Shown here: positions 23,528 through 35,000 of the stretch, in pieces | Numbering within the stretch: the first letter of the stretch is position 1 | How the letters are laid out: each line of letters starts with the position of its first letter | Assembly (NCBI GenBank): GCA_030671745.1 | Contig: DAOVHT010000001.1 | Coordinates: 1-36,336, forward strand | Origin: Candidatus Nanohaloarchaea archaeon | GTDB lineage: Archaea > EX4484-52 > GLR71 | Length of the DNA stretch: 36,336 nucleotides | Direction: 5' to 3' | Translations under genes and position numbers: made by a program | The notes under the pieces: generated by a model | Told to the model about the DNA's origin: nothing | The model's input: only the letters and a program-made list of their open reading frames with translations | Databases searched by the model: none

Positions 23528-26500
23528 ATGCGACTCTTAGCAACCCTGATAGCATTTGCACTGATCCTTTCAGTCCCATTCATATCAGAAATATCCGCAA
23601 CCGCAACATCATCTGAAAACACACTTAAAATAGTAGCACAGCAAGACGACAAAGTCAGAGTCATAATAACTTTCAAAGACACGCCAAAGACTGCAAAAGA
23701 TAGCATATTCAATACCCTAGGCATCCCGCAACAAGACCCGAAAGAGAAGATAAAGGACAAGATAAAAACTGATGGACAACTGAAGCACGAATTCCAGACA
23801 ACAGACAGTGTTTCTGCAACGATTACTCAAGAACTGCTTGACGAACTGAACTCAGACCCGTCGATTGCATACATAGAACAAGATAGACCGGTGCAAGCAT
23901 TCCTATCTCAGAGCGTACCGTTAATAAACGCTGATCAAGCCTGGCAACAGCAGATGCAGGACACAGGTCTCACCGGCAAAGGGACGACCGTCTGTGTGAT
24001 AGATACTGGGATTGACTACACACATCAGGATCTTGGAAACTGCACAGTATCAACATTTAATTTAAATGGCGTGAATGAAAGCCATATTTTGGAATCTGCA
24101 CACAATTACACTAATAATTTTGATCATACCTGGTCTATAACTAAACCTGGATACACAGACATTGCAGTCTATTTCAGAAACATCAGTCTGGAATACAAAG
24201 GCGAGGTTGATGGTTCAGACACAGGTGATAGGATAATTATCTATGATGGTGATATGGTTGAGATTGCAGTATATCATGGAATTGATGGTGTAATTGAAGA
24301 CCTGTGGACACCATATTCTGAGGGTGACACAATCTACATACGGTTGGTGACTGATTCCGGGTTTAGGGATTACGGTTTTTATATTGATTCTGTCTTGAAT
24401 GGCACCACAGACACTACTTATGACTGGAGCAACTGTTCAAAGACAATAGGTGGTTGGGATTTCGTCAATGGTGATGGTGACCCGATAGATGATGATTTTC
24501 ACGGCACCCATGTTGCAGGGATAATCGCTGCAGATGGAACAGTGACTGGTGTCGCACCGGACACAGGACTGATCGCAGTAAAAACTCTGGATGCAGGTGG
24601 TACTGGTTGGTTTTCAGATACATTGTTAGGTATTGAATATTGTATAAATAATTCTGATAGATATAACATATCAGTTATCAGCATGAGTCTTGGGGCTATA
24701 GATACATATTATGATTCTTATTGTGATGGTGACAGTCCATCGATGTCAAATGCAATAAACACTGCAGTTGCAAAAAACATCTCGGTCATAATTGCAAGTG
24801 GGAATAATCATCCGCCAACAGGCATCAGTTATCCTGCCTGCATAGAGAATGCAACCCGTGTAGGCTCGACATCAAAATCAGATGTCATTGAAAATTACAC
24901 TCAACGAAGTGTTAATTTCAAAGATCTGCTTTTGGCTCCCGGTGGTAATATATATTCTACAATGCCTGCGGATAACTACGCTACTAAATCAGGAACTTCA
25001 ATGGCGACACCGCACGTTTCAGGTGCCACCGCCATATTAGTCCAGGCCTATCAAGACCGGTTCGGGAAAAGACCGACCCCTGCATACATAGAATATGTCC
25101 TGAACAAGACAGGAATTCTGATCTATGACAGCCAGACCGGGCTGAACTTCTCGCGCATTGACGTCCTAGCGGCAGTATTGTACATCAACACACCACCGAA
25201 CATTACAGACATCTACAACAACATAACTGAAGACGGTTCACAAGAAATAACCATCAATGAGACCGACTCAATACTCTTCAACCTGACAGTGTTGGCGCCA
25301 GTCAATTACACCTGGAAAAAGAACGGCACGACAGTGGGCGCAAACCAGTCTAACTGGACCTTTGACACAACTTATGATGATGCAGGATTCTGGATAATTG
25401 AAGCAATAGTAAATAATGACAATGGCACAAGAACCAAAGAGTGGAATGTGACAATAGATGATGTCAATCGCGCACCGACCATCACATCAATCTCAAACAT
25501 AACGATGGACCTCCAGGATCAGATAACCATCAACATCTCAGCAAACATATCAGACCCTGACAGCGACACATTGACGATAACAACCGATGACCCCGGAAAC
25601 ATAACTGTAGAGAATCACACATTAGTATTCCATTACACCGAAAATGTCACAGACAAGCCCGTCACGATAACTGTCAACGACTCAGACCTGACAACCAACA
25701 TTACAATCTACATAAACATCACAGATGAATTACTCAACATCACAGACACTTACAACAACATAACCGGCGACAACAGTTCAACCCTTACGATCAATGAGAC
25801 CGATTCAGTATTCTTCAACATATCAACAGATGTCCCGGTGAATTATACTTGGTATATTAATGATACAAACATCGGAAATAATTTCAACAATTATACATTA
25901 ACGACCGGTTTTGATGACGCCGGAACAAAGAACATTTCAGTCAACGTTTCAGACAATGAAAGCCATAACACTTTTAGGTGGACTGTCACAATCCTGAACA
26001 AGAACCGCCAACCAATAATCACAACAGTATCAAACATATCAATGGAACTCCAGAATCAGACAACAATCAACATCTCAGGCAACATATCAGACCCTGACAA
26101 TGACAATTTAACGATAACGACTGACGACCAAGAAAACATAACAATAGAAAACCACACATTGATATTCAATTACACAGAGACTGTAACGGACAAACCCGTC
26201 ACGATAACTGTCAACGACTCAGACCTGACAACCAACATTACAATCTACATAAACATCACGGATACGACCGCACCGACAATAACAATAGATTCACCCACAA
26301 ACAAGACCTACAACACGACCGATATCAACATATCGATCAATGCAGATGAACCATTGGACTGGTGCGCATACTCCTTAAACGCCCAACCAAACATAACGAT
26401 GAACTGCACAGAAAATAGTAACATGACGGCCATTGAAAATCTCAACAACCTGACTCTCTGGGCGAACGACACATCCGGAAATCTGAACCGCACAGAGGTC

Positions 26501-27544
26501 TTTTTCACAGTTGACACAATCTCCCCAAATATAACAATTACAGCATTAAACTACACGACAGACGATTATCTTTACATAAACCTTTCAGTTTCAGAAACAC
26601 CAGACACCTGCATATTGAATTGGCAGGATGAAAACATCACGATGAACAGGACCGGAACAAAATGTGACATCAACAAGACTTCAATTTCTCCAGGTATCTA
26701 CAATTACACAATCTATGTCAATGACACGGTGGGCAACACAGGTTCAATCACCGACTTACAGTCAGAGATCTATTACTGTTTTGTTTCAGTCACCGACTGG
26801 ACATCCTGCGTCTCAAGCTCAAGGACGAGAATTCACACATACCGAGATTGCACAACTTACACAGAGACTGAGAGCTGTCACTCAAGCAGCGGTGGCGGTT
26901 CGTCATCATTTTCATTTGTACCGCTCCCTGTTATATCTAATGACACATTGAACGAAACATTGACAAATATTACAGATGACCCATTAAATGACACTGAAAC
27001 AGATTGGGATCAGAATGATACAACACTGATAACGAACAGAACACAAGACGATATTCTTGATTCTGATGATACTAAAGAAACAGATGGAAATAAAGTGGGC
27101 ACTCACACGATTTCCGATGATGGATACAAAGATTTAGAAGATATAGACGATGGTTTCTTGGGGATAAGATTGTTAGATGATATTCTTTTTGAAAACAGTT
27201 TGATTTCAAAAATAAAAGATAGATTGGGTATTGATTCCTCAGAAGATAACACTTTTAATTCTATTGTGTTGCTGTTTACAATAATTGTTATCTTTGCTAT
27301 AATTGGTATTTCTTATAACTTCAATAGATCTTACAAGAGAAAACACAAACAAAAACAGACATTGGATAATGGTACTGTCTTAAATACAGATGATGAGAGC
27401 AATCAACCCTCGCCAATCTCACCCAAACAACAAGAGATTGTATCCGACCTCTCTCAGAAAACCTATTTAAACAACACCGGACAAAATAATAATGATAATA
27501 GTCCTAAGGATGTATATTTAGATGGTGTCAAGTACAAAGAATAG
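23528..27544 (+). CDS. Large membrane-anchored subtilisin-like protease (S8) with a propeptide, a CUB-like insert, tandem repeats and a cytoplasmic tail
   Basis: The signal peptide is [24 protein letters not shown]. An I9-like propeptide (VRVIITFKD) follows. Catalytic motifs are [10 protein letters not shown] (Asp), [10 protein letters not shown] (His) and [12 protein letters not shown] (Ser). About 169 aa separate Asp and His. The C-terminal TM segment is [23 protein letters not shown], followed by a tail of about 90 aa. Confidence 0.93.
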   Translation: MRLLATLIAFALILSVPFISEISATATSSENTLKIVAQQDDKVRVIITFKDTPKTAKDSIFNTLGIPQQDPKEKIKDKIKTDGQLKHEFQTTDSVSATITQELLDELNSDPSIAYIEQDRPVQAFLSQSVPLINADQAWQQQMQDTGLTGKGTTVCVIDTGIDYTHQDLGNCTVSTFNLNGVNESHILESAHNYTNNFDHTWSITKPGYTDIAVYFRNISLEYKGEVDGSDTGDRIIIYDGDMVEIAVYHGIDGVIEDLWTPYSEGDTIYIRLVTDSGFRDYGFYIDSVLNGTTDTTYDWSNCSKTIGGWDFVNGDGDPIDDDFHGTHVAGIIAADGTVTGVAPDTGLIAVKTLDAGGTGWFSDTLLGIEYCINNSDRYNISVISMSLGAIDTYYDSYCDGDSPSMSNAINTAVAKNISVIIASGNNHPPTGISYPACIENATRVGSTSKSDVIENYTQRSVNFKDLLLAPGGNIYSTMPADNYATKSGTSMATPHVSGATAILVQAYQDRFGKRPTPAYIEYVLNKTGILIYDSQTGLNFSRIDVLAAVLYINTPPNITDIYNNITEDGSQEITINETDSILFNLTVLAPVNYTWKKNGTTVGANQSNWTFDTTYDDAGFWIIEAIVNNDNGTRTKEWNVTIDDVNRAPTITSISNITMDLQDQITINISANISDPDSDTLTITTDDPGNITVENHTLVFHYTENVTDKPVTITVNDSDLTTNITIYINITDELLNITDTYNNITGDNSSTLTINETDSVFFNISTDVPVNYTWYINDTNIGNNFNNYTLTTGFDDAGTKNISVNVSDNESHNTFRWTVTILNKNRQPIITTVSNISMELQNQTTINISGNISDPDNDNLTITTDDQENITIENHTLIFNYTETVTDKPVTITVNDSDLTTNITIYINITDTTAPTITIDSPTNKTYNTTDINISINADEPLDWCAYSLNAQPNITMNCTENSNMTAIENLNNLTLWANDTSGNLNRTEVFFTVDTISPNITITALNYTTDDYLYINLSVSETPDTCILNWQDENITMNRTGTKCDINKTSISPGIYNYTIYVNDTVGNTGSITDLQSEIYYCFVSVTDWTSCVSSSRTRIHTYRDCTTYTETESCHSSSGGGSSSFSFVPLPVISNDTLNETLTNITDDPLNDTETDWDQNDTTLITNRTQDDILDSDDTKETDGNKVGTHTISDDGYKDLEDIDDGFLGIRLLDDILFENSLISKIKDRLGIDSSEDNTFNSIVLLFTIIVIFAIIGISYNFNRSYKRKHKQKQTLDNGTVLNTDDESNQPSPISPKQQEIVSDLSQKTYLNNTGQNNNDNSPKDVYLDGVKYKE
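25202..26275 (+). repeat. Two tandem 537-nt (179-codon) repeat units inside the protease gene
   Basis: Unit 1 starts with ITDIYNNIT (25202) and unit 2 with ITDTYNNIT (25739). A 65-nt tract is perfectly identical between 25658-25722 and 26195-26259. Confidence 0.9.
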
Positions 27545-28520
27545 AAAAGGTAATAGTGCAGTAATCAATACTATACTTGTACTTGTCATGCTCTTAGTTG
27601 TTGCAGCGATACTGATATCTTTCATATCAGGTCCTGCCAAAAAACTTGACATCTTTACAACTGAAAAAAATGATGAGACCAGTACGACTTTAGATGTCGG
27701 CACACTTGCATTGATGGACACGAATTTTGTCAATTTTGACACGACCAAAGCAAAGACTGAAATGATAAAATTAATAAATATAAGTAGTACTTCTTCAATT
27801 ATAGATTGTGGTGCAACTACCCTAACCTCAGAACAGGAAAATTACTGCACAAACATAACAGTCTCAATATCACCCGCACCTCCCAAATACTCAACAACTC
27901 CCGAAGGAATACGATTCAAGATATCCTATATCAATAAGACCTTATTTGACGATATTGAAGGTTACGTCAACCTGACTTTCGTTGATGTCTACGAATTCAA
28001 TCAGGTGTTCACATCTAAATTAGGAGATTTTAATAATTGCACTGATCCGATAACAGAATCCTGTTTCAATGAATCAACCACAAAACCTATGACAAACCTG
28101 ACATTGATTTCTATGTTCAACGACGAGATATTTGTCCGAATGCCTTTCTATTACGATAATTTAGTGTCTAGTGGTTTTTCTTATGAGGATAACTGTGTTG
28201 CATATGCAAATTACTCAAACCTAACAGCACAGAATACAAATATTCAGATAGAGGTTGATGCTGAAAGTCCCGCACCATCATACAACTTTACGATTGTCCA
28301 CATGGAAAAGTCACACAAGAGGGAGTATCCAATTTATTGTAATGTCTCAATAAATAGGGGTATTGCCCATGACTTTCCAGTTCAGGTAGTTTCAGGCGAT
28401 TACGACCTATTCAGGATTTATGGCTGGAACTCAACAAGTACGGATTGCATTATGGTAAAAGACGATGTCCTTGTAAAAAAAGATGATACCACACCATTAA
28501 AGATAAAATTTAAATGTTAA
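27522..28520 (+). CDS. Prepilin-like-leader secreted protein (332 aa), sequon-rich
   Basis: The leader is [10 protein letters not shown]|[25 protein letters not shown]. The ATG lies 23 nt inside the protease 3' end. An SD-like TAAGGA is at 27505-27510. Confidence 0.8.
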   Translation: MVSSTKNRKGNSAVINTILVLVMLLVVAAILISFISGPAKKLDIFTTEKNDETSTTLDVGTLALMDTNFVNFDTTKAKTEMIKLINISSTSSIIDCGATTLTSEQENYCTNITVSISPAPPKYSTTPEGIRFKISYINKTLFDDIEGYVNLTFVDVYEFNQVFTSKLGDFNNCTDPITESCFNESTTKPMTNLTLISMFNDEIFVRMPFYYDNLVSSGFSYEDNCVAYANYSNLTAQNTNIQIEVDAESPAPSYNFTIVHMEKSHKREYPIYCNVSINRGIAHDFPVQVVSGDYDLFRIYGWNSTSTDCIMVKDDVLVKKDDTTPLKIKFKC

Positions 28521-28553
28521 ATATAAAAGAAAATGATTGCAAGGTAAATGATT

Positions 28554-28811
28554 ATGCGACGAATTGGACGGATGGATATGGCAATGGCAGTGACAGTAAT
28601 CTTAGCCATAGTGCTTATTGCAATCATTGGAAAGATGGTATTTGATGTCTTTGACAGTGGTGAGAATGAAGCCGGCGGTATGTTTGACTCATTAAAATGC
28701 CAACCAAAAATAGCCCAGGCCTGCATGGATGGCGGAATTTCAGAAACAGATAATGTTGATGGCACTTGCATAACTGAAGCAAACAGAGCAACAATCTGTG
28801 ACGATGTATAA
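28554..28811 (+). CDS. Small pilin-like protein (atypical leader) with 4 Cys
   Basis: MRRIG|RMDMAMAVTVILAIVLIAIIGKMVF. AAGGT at 28541-28545 lies 8 nt upstream of ATG 28554 (the track start 28548 is also ATG). Confidence 0.65.
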   Translation: MRRIGRMDMAMAVTVILAIVLIAIIGKMVFDVFDSGENEAGGMFDSLKCQPKIAQACMDGGISETDNVDGTCITEANRATICDDV

Positions 28812-28812
28812 A

Positions 28813-29136
28813 ATGGTGTTGATTATGATAAAAAACAATAACCGAAAAGGTCAGATGTCTATGGGTACAGTAGTTGCCTTAGTGATTGCATTTATAGTGA
28901 TATTGGTTATTGTGGCGATTGCAACTGATTTCGGTGAGAGGACAAAAGACACCGCACCATTCGACGATGCAAAAGTAAAAGCGGAAGACGCGATGAATGA
29001 TAAGAGATGTGCAATGGTCTGCACTGCCTCATGCATTGACAAGGCATATGTGATTGATAGTGACTGTGCAGATTATGTGCGTGACTGTTGTGATTGCGAC
29101 AGCGTAGATGATATAACTGATGGGTGTGATTCTTGA
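28813..29136 (+). CDS. Small prepilin-like protein with an 8-Cys C-terminal module (variant pattern)
   Basis: ..IKNNNRKG|QMSMGTVVALVIAFIVILVIVAIA. The tail is CAMVCTASCIDKAYVIDSDCADYVRDCCDCDSVDDITDGC. The ATG at 28813 lies 2 nt after the upstream stop (the track start 28798 is GTG; ATG 28825 is also possible). Confidence 0.75.
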   Translation: MVLIMIKNNNRKGQMSMGTVVALVIAFIVILVIVAIATDFGERTKDTAPFDDAKVKAEDAMNDKRCAMVCTASCIDKAYVIDSDCADYVRDCCDCDSVDDITDGCDS

Positions 29137-29168
29137 TTATTGATCTAATACTTTCTATATTCTCAAGC

Positions 29169-29384
29169 ATGAATTCATTAGTATTATTTAAAAACCGCAA
29201 AGGTGAAGTTGACGCCTTGATGATCGCTCTTGCTGGTGTATTGATTCTCGCAATATTAGCTCTAATTTTTGTCATGACGGTGGGTACTTCTCTTGACGGC
29301 GGAGTAGAGATGATCTGTAAATATAAAGCAGACGCTGTTGGTAAATCCGGAGAAGTAATAGCTGATATATTGGGGGTCTGTTGA
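29169..29384 (+). CDS. Mini prepilin-like protein (71 aa; about 59 aa after the predicted cleavage)
   Basis: The ATG at 29169 gives MNSLVLFKNRKG|EVDALMIALAGVLILAILALIFVM. The track start 29133 is a TTG overlapping the upstream stop. Confidence 0.65.
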   Translation: MNSLVLFKNRKGEVDALMIALAGVLILAILALIFVMTVGTSLDGGVEMICKYKADAVGKSGEVIADILGVC

Positions 29385-29386
29385 AC

Positions 29387-30691
29387 ATGAACATGCCTCA
29401 GACCTTGATGATGATGGCTTTTGGAGTGTTGATTGCCGGTTTCCTTATATTTATGATGGCAAAGACCATAAATGTCGGTGTTGAAGTCAAGATGAGCACC
29501 CGTGTTGAACACATGGCTGACGACCTCGCAAATGCAATCCAGCACATGTCCTCATCGACGATAGATTATGCAACTGAAGTGTATGATGTCGGTATCTGGG
29601 GCACTTCGATAAATATTGTGGATGATGATAGTACTGATGATCATTATGTCACCGTAAGACATAGAGACTTCGAATTTTCTCAAGCATTCCATATTGCAAA
29701 AGACATAACTGTTCAAGGTACAATCTCTGACGCAAAAGTTTTATGCCTTGAGAAATCATTCGATTCAACAGATAAGAAAATGATAAAGGTTTCAAATTTT
29801 GATGATTCTCCATGCAACACTGCCTACAAGGAACTAGACTTGAGATATGATTTTGATTGGGGTTTTGATGATAAGCAGATAGTTCAAGGCGAACTGAACA
29901 GTGTTCCGGATGGTGTTGATTTAGTAACTGAGTTGCCGATTGGAAAAATCAAAGGTGCATCATTTCATAATTTTGATATGACCTCTGATGACACAAAAAA
30001 ATATTTTTGGATACGACCTGGTGAGCAGACGAAATATTTCATAAAATTTGATCTATACATACCATATGATCCGATATCTGCAACACAAAATAATTCAGTA
30101 AACATAACGCTTGACGTATCACCATTGAATCCTTTATATGTCGATGTTGCTTATCAGAACATGGCAAAGTATCCAGATTGTGGTGCTGTATCAAGGGATT
30201 ACAGTTGCATAATCCGTAGTGAACATGATATAACTCTGATATATAGGAATGGTTGGAGACCTAACATAACCATCATAAACACACAAGCAACCAAGGATTT
30301 TTATGACTGGGGTTTTGTGGGTAGAGAATCCTTCTATAATGAGACCTTGACAGATTACCCAAACAACACAGTCCAGATGGTACAATTCCATAATTTCATA
30401 ACACCTGAAAACGAATATGTAAACATAACTCCAGTGGACATGGGTCGCAATTATTTCAGTTTCAATGTGCGCGTCCCAGATGATAACAATGCCGTCACAC
30501 ACAACAATGTCTCTATTACATTAGACATTGACCCGTTCTATTCACAGAATGTAGATCTGAAAAATGGTGCAAAGACAATGCCTGAATGTTATACTGGCGA
30601 GAAACCATGTTTCATAAGGATAGGGTCTAGCGTAATCCTTGATCTTGAACCCGGTGATTACGCATTTATAATTGAAGATTCAAAATATTGA
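29387..30691 (+). CDS. Signal-anchored secreted protein (434 aa) with an internal ~150-aa duplication
   Basis: MNMPQTLMMMAFGVLIAGFLIFMMAK. The two repeats share the pattern DWGF...FHNF...N[VS][NS]ITLD[VI].P...C...C[IF]IR. The track start 29381 is a TTG overlapping the upstream TGA. Confidence 0.75.
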   Translation: MNMPQTLMMMAFGVLIAGFLIFMMAKTINVGVEVKMSTRVEHMADDLANAIQHMSSSTIDYATEVYDVGIWGTSINIVDDDSTDDHYVTVRHRDFEFSQAFHIAKDITVQGTISDAKVLCLEKSFDSTDKKMIKVSNFDDSPCNTAYKELDLRYDFDWGFDDKQIVQGELNSVPDGVDLVTELPIGKIKGASFHNFDMTSDDTKKYFWIRPGEQTKYFIKFDLYIPYDPISATQNNSVNITLDVSPLNPLYVDVAYQNMAKYPDCGAVSRDYSCIIRSEHDITLIYRNGWRPNITIINTQATKDFYDWGFVGRESFYNETLTDYPNNTVQMVQFHNFITPENEYVNITPVDMGRNYFSFNVRVPDDNNAVTHNNVSITLDIDPFYSQNVDLKNGAKTMPECYTGEKPCFIRIGSSVILDLEPGDYAFIIEDSKY

Positions 30692-30702
30692 CAAGGAGAT
30701 TA

Positions 30703-31266
30703 ATGATTATGTCCCTAACAGCATCCATTTCAAAAAAGAAAAAGAAAGGTCTTCTATTACCTGTATTCTTCCAAAAGGTAATGATGATAGGTCTTGTGGT
30801 CGGTGTCATGATGTGGATGATTTTTTCTACAATTAATTCTGAGGAAGTATCAGTCATAATGCGCCAGGAACGAAACGATGTAGAATTCTGGCATCAGATA
30901 TTAAAGTCTGACATATTCCGCGCAGAATCAGAAACAAGCACGACCACCACACAAACTGATTACAAAATGTATTTTGATGAAAGTAAATTAGATACTGCTA
31001 GAAGTAGTACAGGAGGTTCGACAGCATTACCTGGGGATATATCTTGTAATATTCCTCTAAATTTATCAAATTGCATCAATTTTTATCCAAGTAAATATTA
31101 TATAAAAATAAAAGTAGGTGGGGATAATTGGCTTTTCACAAATAATGCAACATTATCATCTGCTTTTGACAACTATGATTACAAAGAGGTAATTGGTGTC
31201 TTAACTCCCTCAAATCCAAACCCTACTATTGGCACAATATACTTTAAGACTGAATTATACGAATGA
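30703..31266 (+). CDS. Prepilin-like-leader protein (187 aa)
   Basis: MIMSLTASISKKKKKG|LLLPVFFQKVMMIGLVVGVMMWMIF. The SD-like AAGGAG is at 30693-30698. The track start 30688 is a TTG overlapping the upstream stop. Confidence 0.75.
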   Translation: MIMSLTASISKKKKKGLLLPVFFQKVMMIGLVVGVMMWMIFSTINSEEVSVIMRQERNDVEFWHQILKSDIFRAESETSTTTTQTDYKMYFDESKLDTARSSTGGSTALPGDISCNIPLNLSNCINFYPSKYYIKIKVGGDNWLFTNNATLSSAFDNYDYKEVIGVLTPSNPNPTIGTIYFKTELYE

Positions 31267-32030
31267 TTATTATGAACTTTATATTTAACAGATATAAACA
31301 GAACAGGATATTCAAAAGAAAAGGTTTTGTACAGCACTGGTTCGTGCTTATAATGTCTTTTCTGTTAGTGATAGCTATAATTATTTTAGTAACAATTTTT
31401 AATATAAATGTAACTTCAACTGTTGTTACAGGTAATCTTAATATGCAGTATTCAACAGACGCAGGACGAGAGATCTATGCACTTCTTTCGGCAGGTTGTC
31501 CTGCAGTCGGCGACCCTTATACTGATTATAGTGTTTCAGAACTCATAAGTGTGTATGTCAGCGGTGACTTAACAGTCAAAGAATCAATAGATACTGATCT
31601 TAGAGATTGCATAGCTTCATCTCTTGCAACAATCGCAGAAGTCAATGAAGGAGTCGATAAAACTGGAGACCCTATTCCACATTATATGTACTTCTATGTG
31701 ACTTATGGTAATAACAAATATATTGAAAGTAGGCAACCAAGCATGGTATATGACCCGGGTTTACACACTTTAATGCCTTGGAACTCTGAATTTATATCAA
31801 CAACAACTGGATTAGATTTTAATACTACTATTTTGGGTGGTAAAACACCTGCCTCTTTACCAGTAGATCCTCGTTATTTCTCAAGCACGATGAATGATAG
31901 GTACTCCATACAGATACCATTATCTGATTCCGGCAATATGCAACACAGTTCGGCGACCGCAGTCTTAGAGGAATGGAGTGATGAGTCCTGGACAACACTG
32001 ACACAGGCACAACAGGAGGAGAGTGCATGA
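31263..32030 (+). CDS. Prepilin-like-leader protein (255 aa)
   Basis: ..NRIFKRKG|FVQHWFVLIMSFLLVIAIIILVTIF. An ATGA overlap joins it to the upstream gene. Confidence 0.75.
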   Translation: MIIMNFIFNRYKQNRIFKRKGFVQHWFVLIMSFLLVIAIIILVTIFNINVTSTVVTGNLNMQYSTDAGREIYALLSAGCPAVGDPYTDYSVSELISVYVSGDLTVKESIDTDLRDCIASSLATIAEVNEGVDKTGDPIPHYMYFYVTYGNNKYIESRQPSMVYDPGLHTLMPWNSEFISTTTGLDFNTTILGGKTPASLPVDPRYFSSTMNDRYSIQIPLSDSGNMQHSSATAVLEEWSDESWTTLTQAQQEESA

Positions 32031-35000
32031 GGATAATATCTAAAACAAGAACAAAAGGCGTTTCAGGAATCGAGATGCTTATTCCCATTTTCTTGTTGAT
32101 GTTCTCATTGCTTGTAATATTTGCAGGTATTGAATGGGGTGTCAATACACTGGTGCTGATGGATGAAGAGAAGCAGGTCACCCAGATGGATACCGAACTC
32201 TTGAGCGTCACCGACCTTTACATAACTCCATCATTGAAATACGCAATGCAAGAAGTCACAAGAGATCTAGCGCTGCATGGTGGGTTGTCTTCCGAGATAT
32301 TGGATAATCACAAATTATTTGTTGATGCTATGATGTCTGATTCAGCCAAAGATAATCTAAAGGATGATATAGTTTCAGATTTCAACAACGGTGATCTTGA
32401 TTTCCCATCAATCACCAACCCACCGATGAAAGTTGAAGGGAACATTCTTTACTGGTCATATTATGATAAGATAAGTAAAAAGAATCAAGAGACAATACCT
32501 TACGAGTATGATTTTATAGGTTCAATAAACCCATATAACTTATGCGGTACTTGTAGCCTTGAATGGTCTCCACCCTATACCTATTTGATAACTGATATCA
32601 AGGGAACTGTAAACAGATATGATGTAGATAACGGGAATTATATCCTTTCTGAACAGTACACAGGACCCACAATAATTTCTGGAGATACGCTGATAAAGCT
32701 TAATATGTCCAAAAGTACAGAGTCTGCTAAAGTTGAAGGAGTATATAATATCCGTTCCTATTTTGAACCGTTATTCCCGAGCGTATCATATCCTGGTGAC
32801 GCACTTGCACAAAGGACAGTATTCCCACGGTTTACAGATGTCATGCTGAGCGACAGGTTGAACAGTTACAGGTCAGATTACGGAGATTCAAAGACAGACA
32901 TAGGATCCACATTATCTCTCGGCACCTGGAACGCATTCTTTGTACCTGTACTGATGGAATTGGATAAGACTCTCGCATTCTATGGTGGCAACCGTCTTGT
33001 TGAGAGCACATCTTCAATTGAGATGGAAAATGATGACCCCGTAAAATCAGAATTAGACAATAGATATTGGAGATTATATGATATTGCAACATTATTTATG
33101 GATAATGTCACAGATGATGATTTCTTGGACGACCCATTGACGATGAATGCATATTATTCAGAAGAATATAATGGTTATGAAATATTTCGTGATAAAAGTC
33201 CAAAGACCTGTAGTGATGAATGGAGCATTTCTTGTGATGGTACCACAAATAATATCTTGACTACTCCGTCATGCACGTCATCAACATCAAGCACAGATGA
33301 ATTATATATCAAAGAATTGACAATAGATTCGCATGAATATGAGTTAAATGAGATAATAAATGTGGAACTTTTTGTTGAATGCATTTATAATGAATATTTC
33401 AATTGGACAATTGCTTATTATGATGGTGGCATTGGTTGGGGTTATAATAAGACCGGTACTGAAAAATGTCCATCTAATTATGGTGGCAGTATAAATATTT
33501 CAGAACAATTGGCTATGGAATCTACATATAGTGGTATTCATCTGATAAGAGCAAGTGTTGGAAATGATTCCACTGATATCTTGGGTAGTACTTGCATGTC
33601 TGCAGACAATGATGATGTTACTTTTACGACATTGGGTACTTCGAGTTATATGTATGCGGAGTCTGTTAATGATACCTGTTTTGATGGCGATAAGAATTGC
33701 ATTTTCCAAAAAGCGTGTAATGATAAATATCAAGGGACTCCTCCACAATTAACACCTAAAGATCCGTCTGACAAATTCACGACATTAGAAGCAAAAGATG
33801 GCAGCTATGAAAGTATACCAATCATTTTTGATGTTGAAGATAATTTCAATTACAATTATTATCAAAAATTTAAAGATGTTGGTCTTGTTCCATTCATATA
33901 TGACGAAATGTCAAAAGAAAAGCTTGCAAAGAATATATCCGCTGCTGATGAGGTCTCTCTTACTTTCAATTATGGTTCTGATACAACAATTGCCTGCAGT
34001 GAACGTGAGGATGTAATAGAAAAGATTACAGTATTTATGATTTATAATCCTACTTTGGTACCTGCTATAACTCTTGATACTTTTGCAATTAATCCTCTAA
34101 AACTAACTGCTGATACTTCTCGGGTCGAAATCGGTTCAATAAATCCAGAATTAGGTAGCACAGACAGTTCTGACTTTTACAAGAAACAGAAAATAATTCT
34201 GAATAAGGCGTTGATTGCAGAAGTAATAAATAAGACAGGTAATATCAAGTTTACAATTCAGGCAGATACGGTTGCAGATGGTGAAAACATACCTGCACAG
34301 ATGTATACCGACAGAAATTCAAGGATTTATGCATACGATATCTTGATGAATGGTGCATACCCATCAATGACAATTGACATAAATCCCGATTATATGACAG
34401 ATAGCCTTGAACCATCTATGAATTATGGTTTCAAGAACGCAAAAGGAATAGCGGTTGACAAAGATGGCAACATATATGTCATAAATTCAGATGACCACAG
34501 GTTGTATCGATACAATAGTTTCGGAACCTTCAGTGGCTGGATGGACCTTCTTGACTTAGATCCACGAGGTGTGGATATAGACACAAGCAATGGCAACATC
34601 TACATAAGTTATCATGATGGAAGAAACATAACAAGGTACGACAATTTCTTCGATTCGCGCGATTTGGCACAGAATGCAGGCATACCACCAACACCGTTCC
34701 AGATGTGTGGCCGTTTCGTCAGTGCAAATCCTACAGATGTTGCATATTACAAAGGTACTGTCTTCACGATTTTTGAAGATGATAAATTGGATTACTGCAA
34801 ATCTTCAAGTGACAGCTGGTATGTGGGTTCATTACCTGATGTCGCAGGAACAGACAAGATAATGGCAATATCTGTCGATCAGGCAGAGGACCGTCTTTAT
34901 GCAAAAATAATTAAACCGAACCCAACCGGGACAGGTTTTGTTTATACATATAATGTATATGGCATGAGTGCTTTTGCAGAGAACCCTATTACATCAAATA

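Noticed and set aside
28517-29545. Minus-strand ORFs antisense to the small pilin-like genes: the 212-aa ORF 28907-29545, plus 28517-28771 and 28851-29042.
   Set aside because: The plus strand carries a coherent series of leader-plus-helix proteins with SD-like sites and coupled stops and starts. The antisense products are His/Ser/Arg-rich with no recognisable features.
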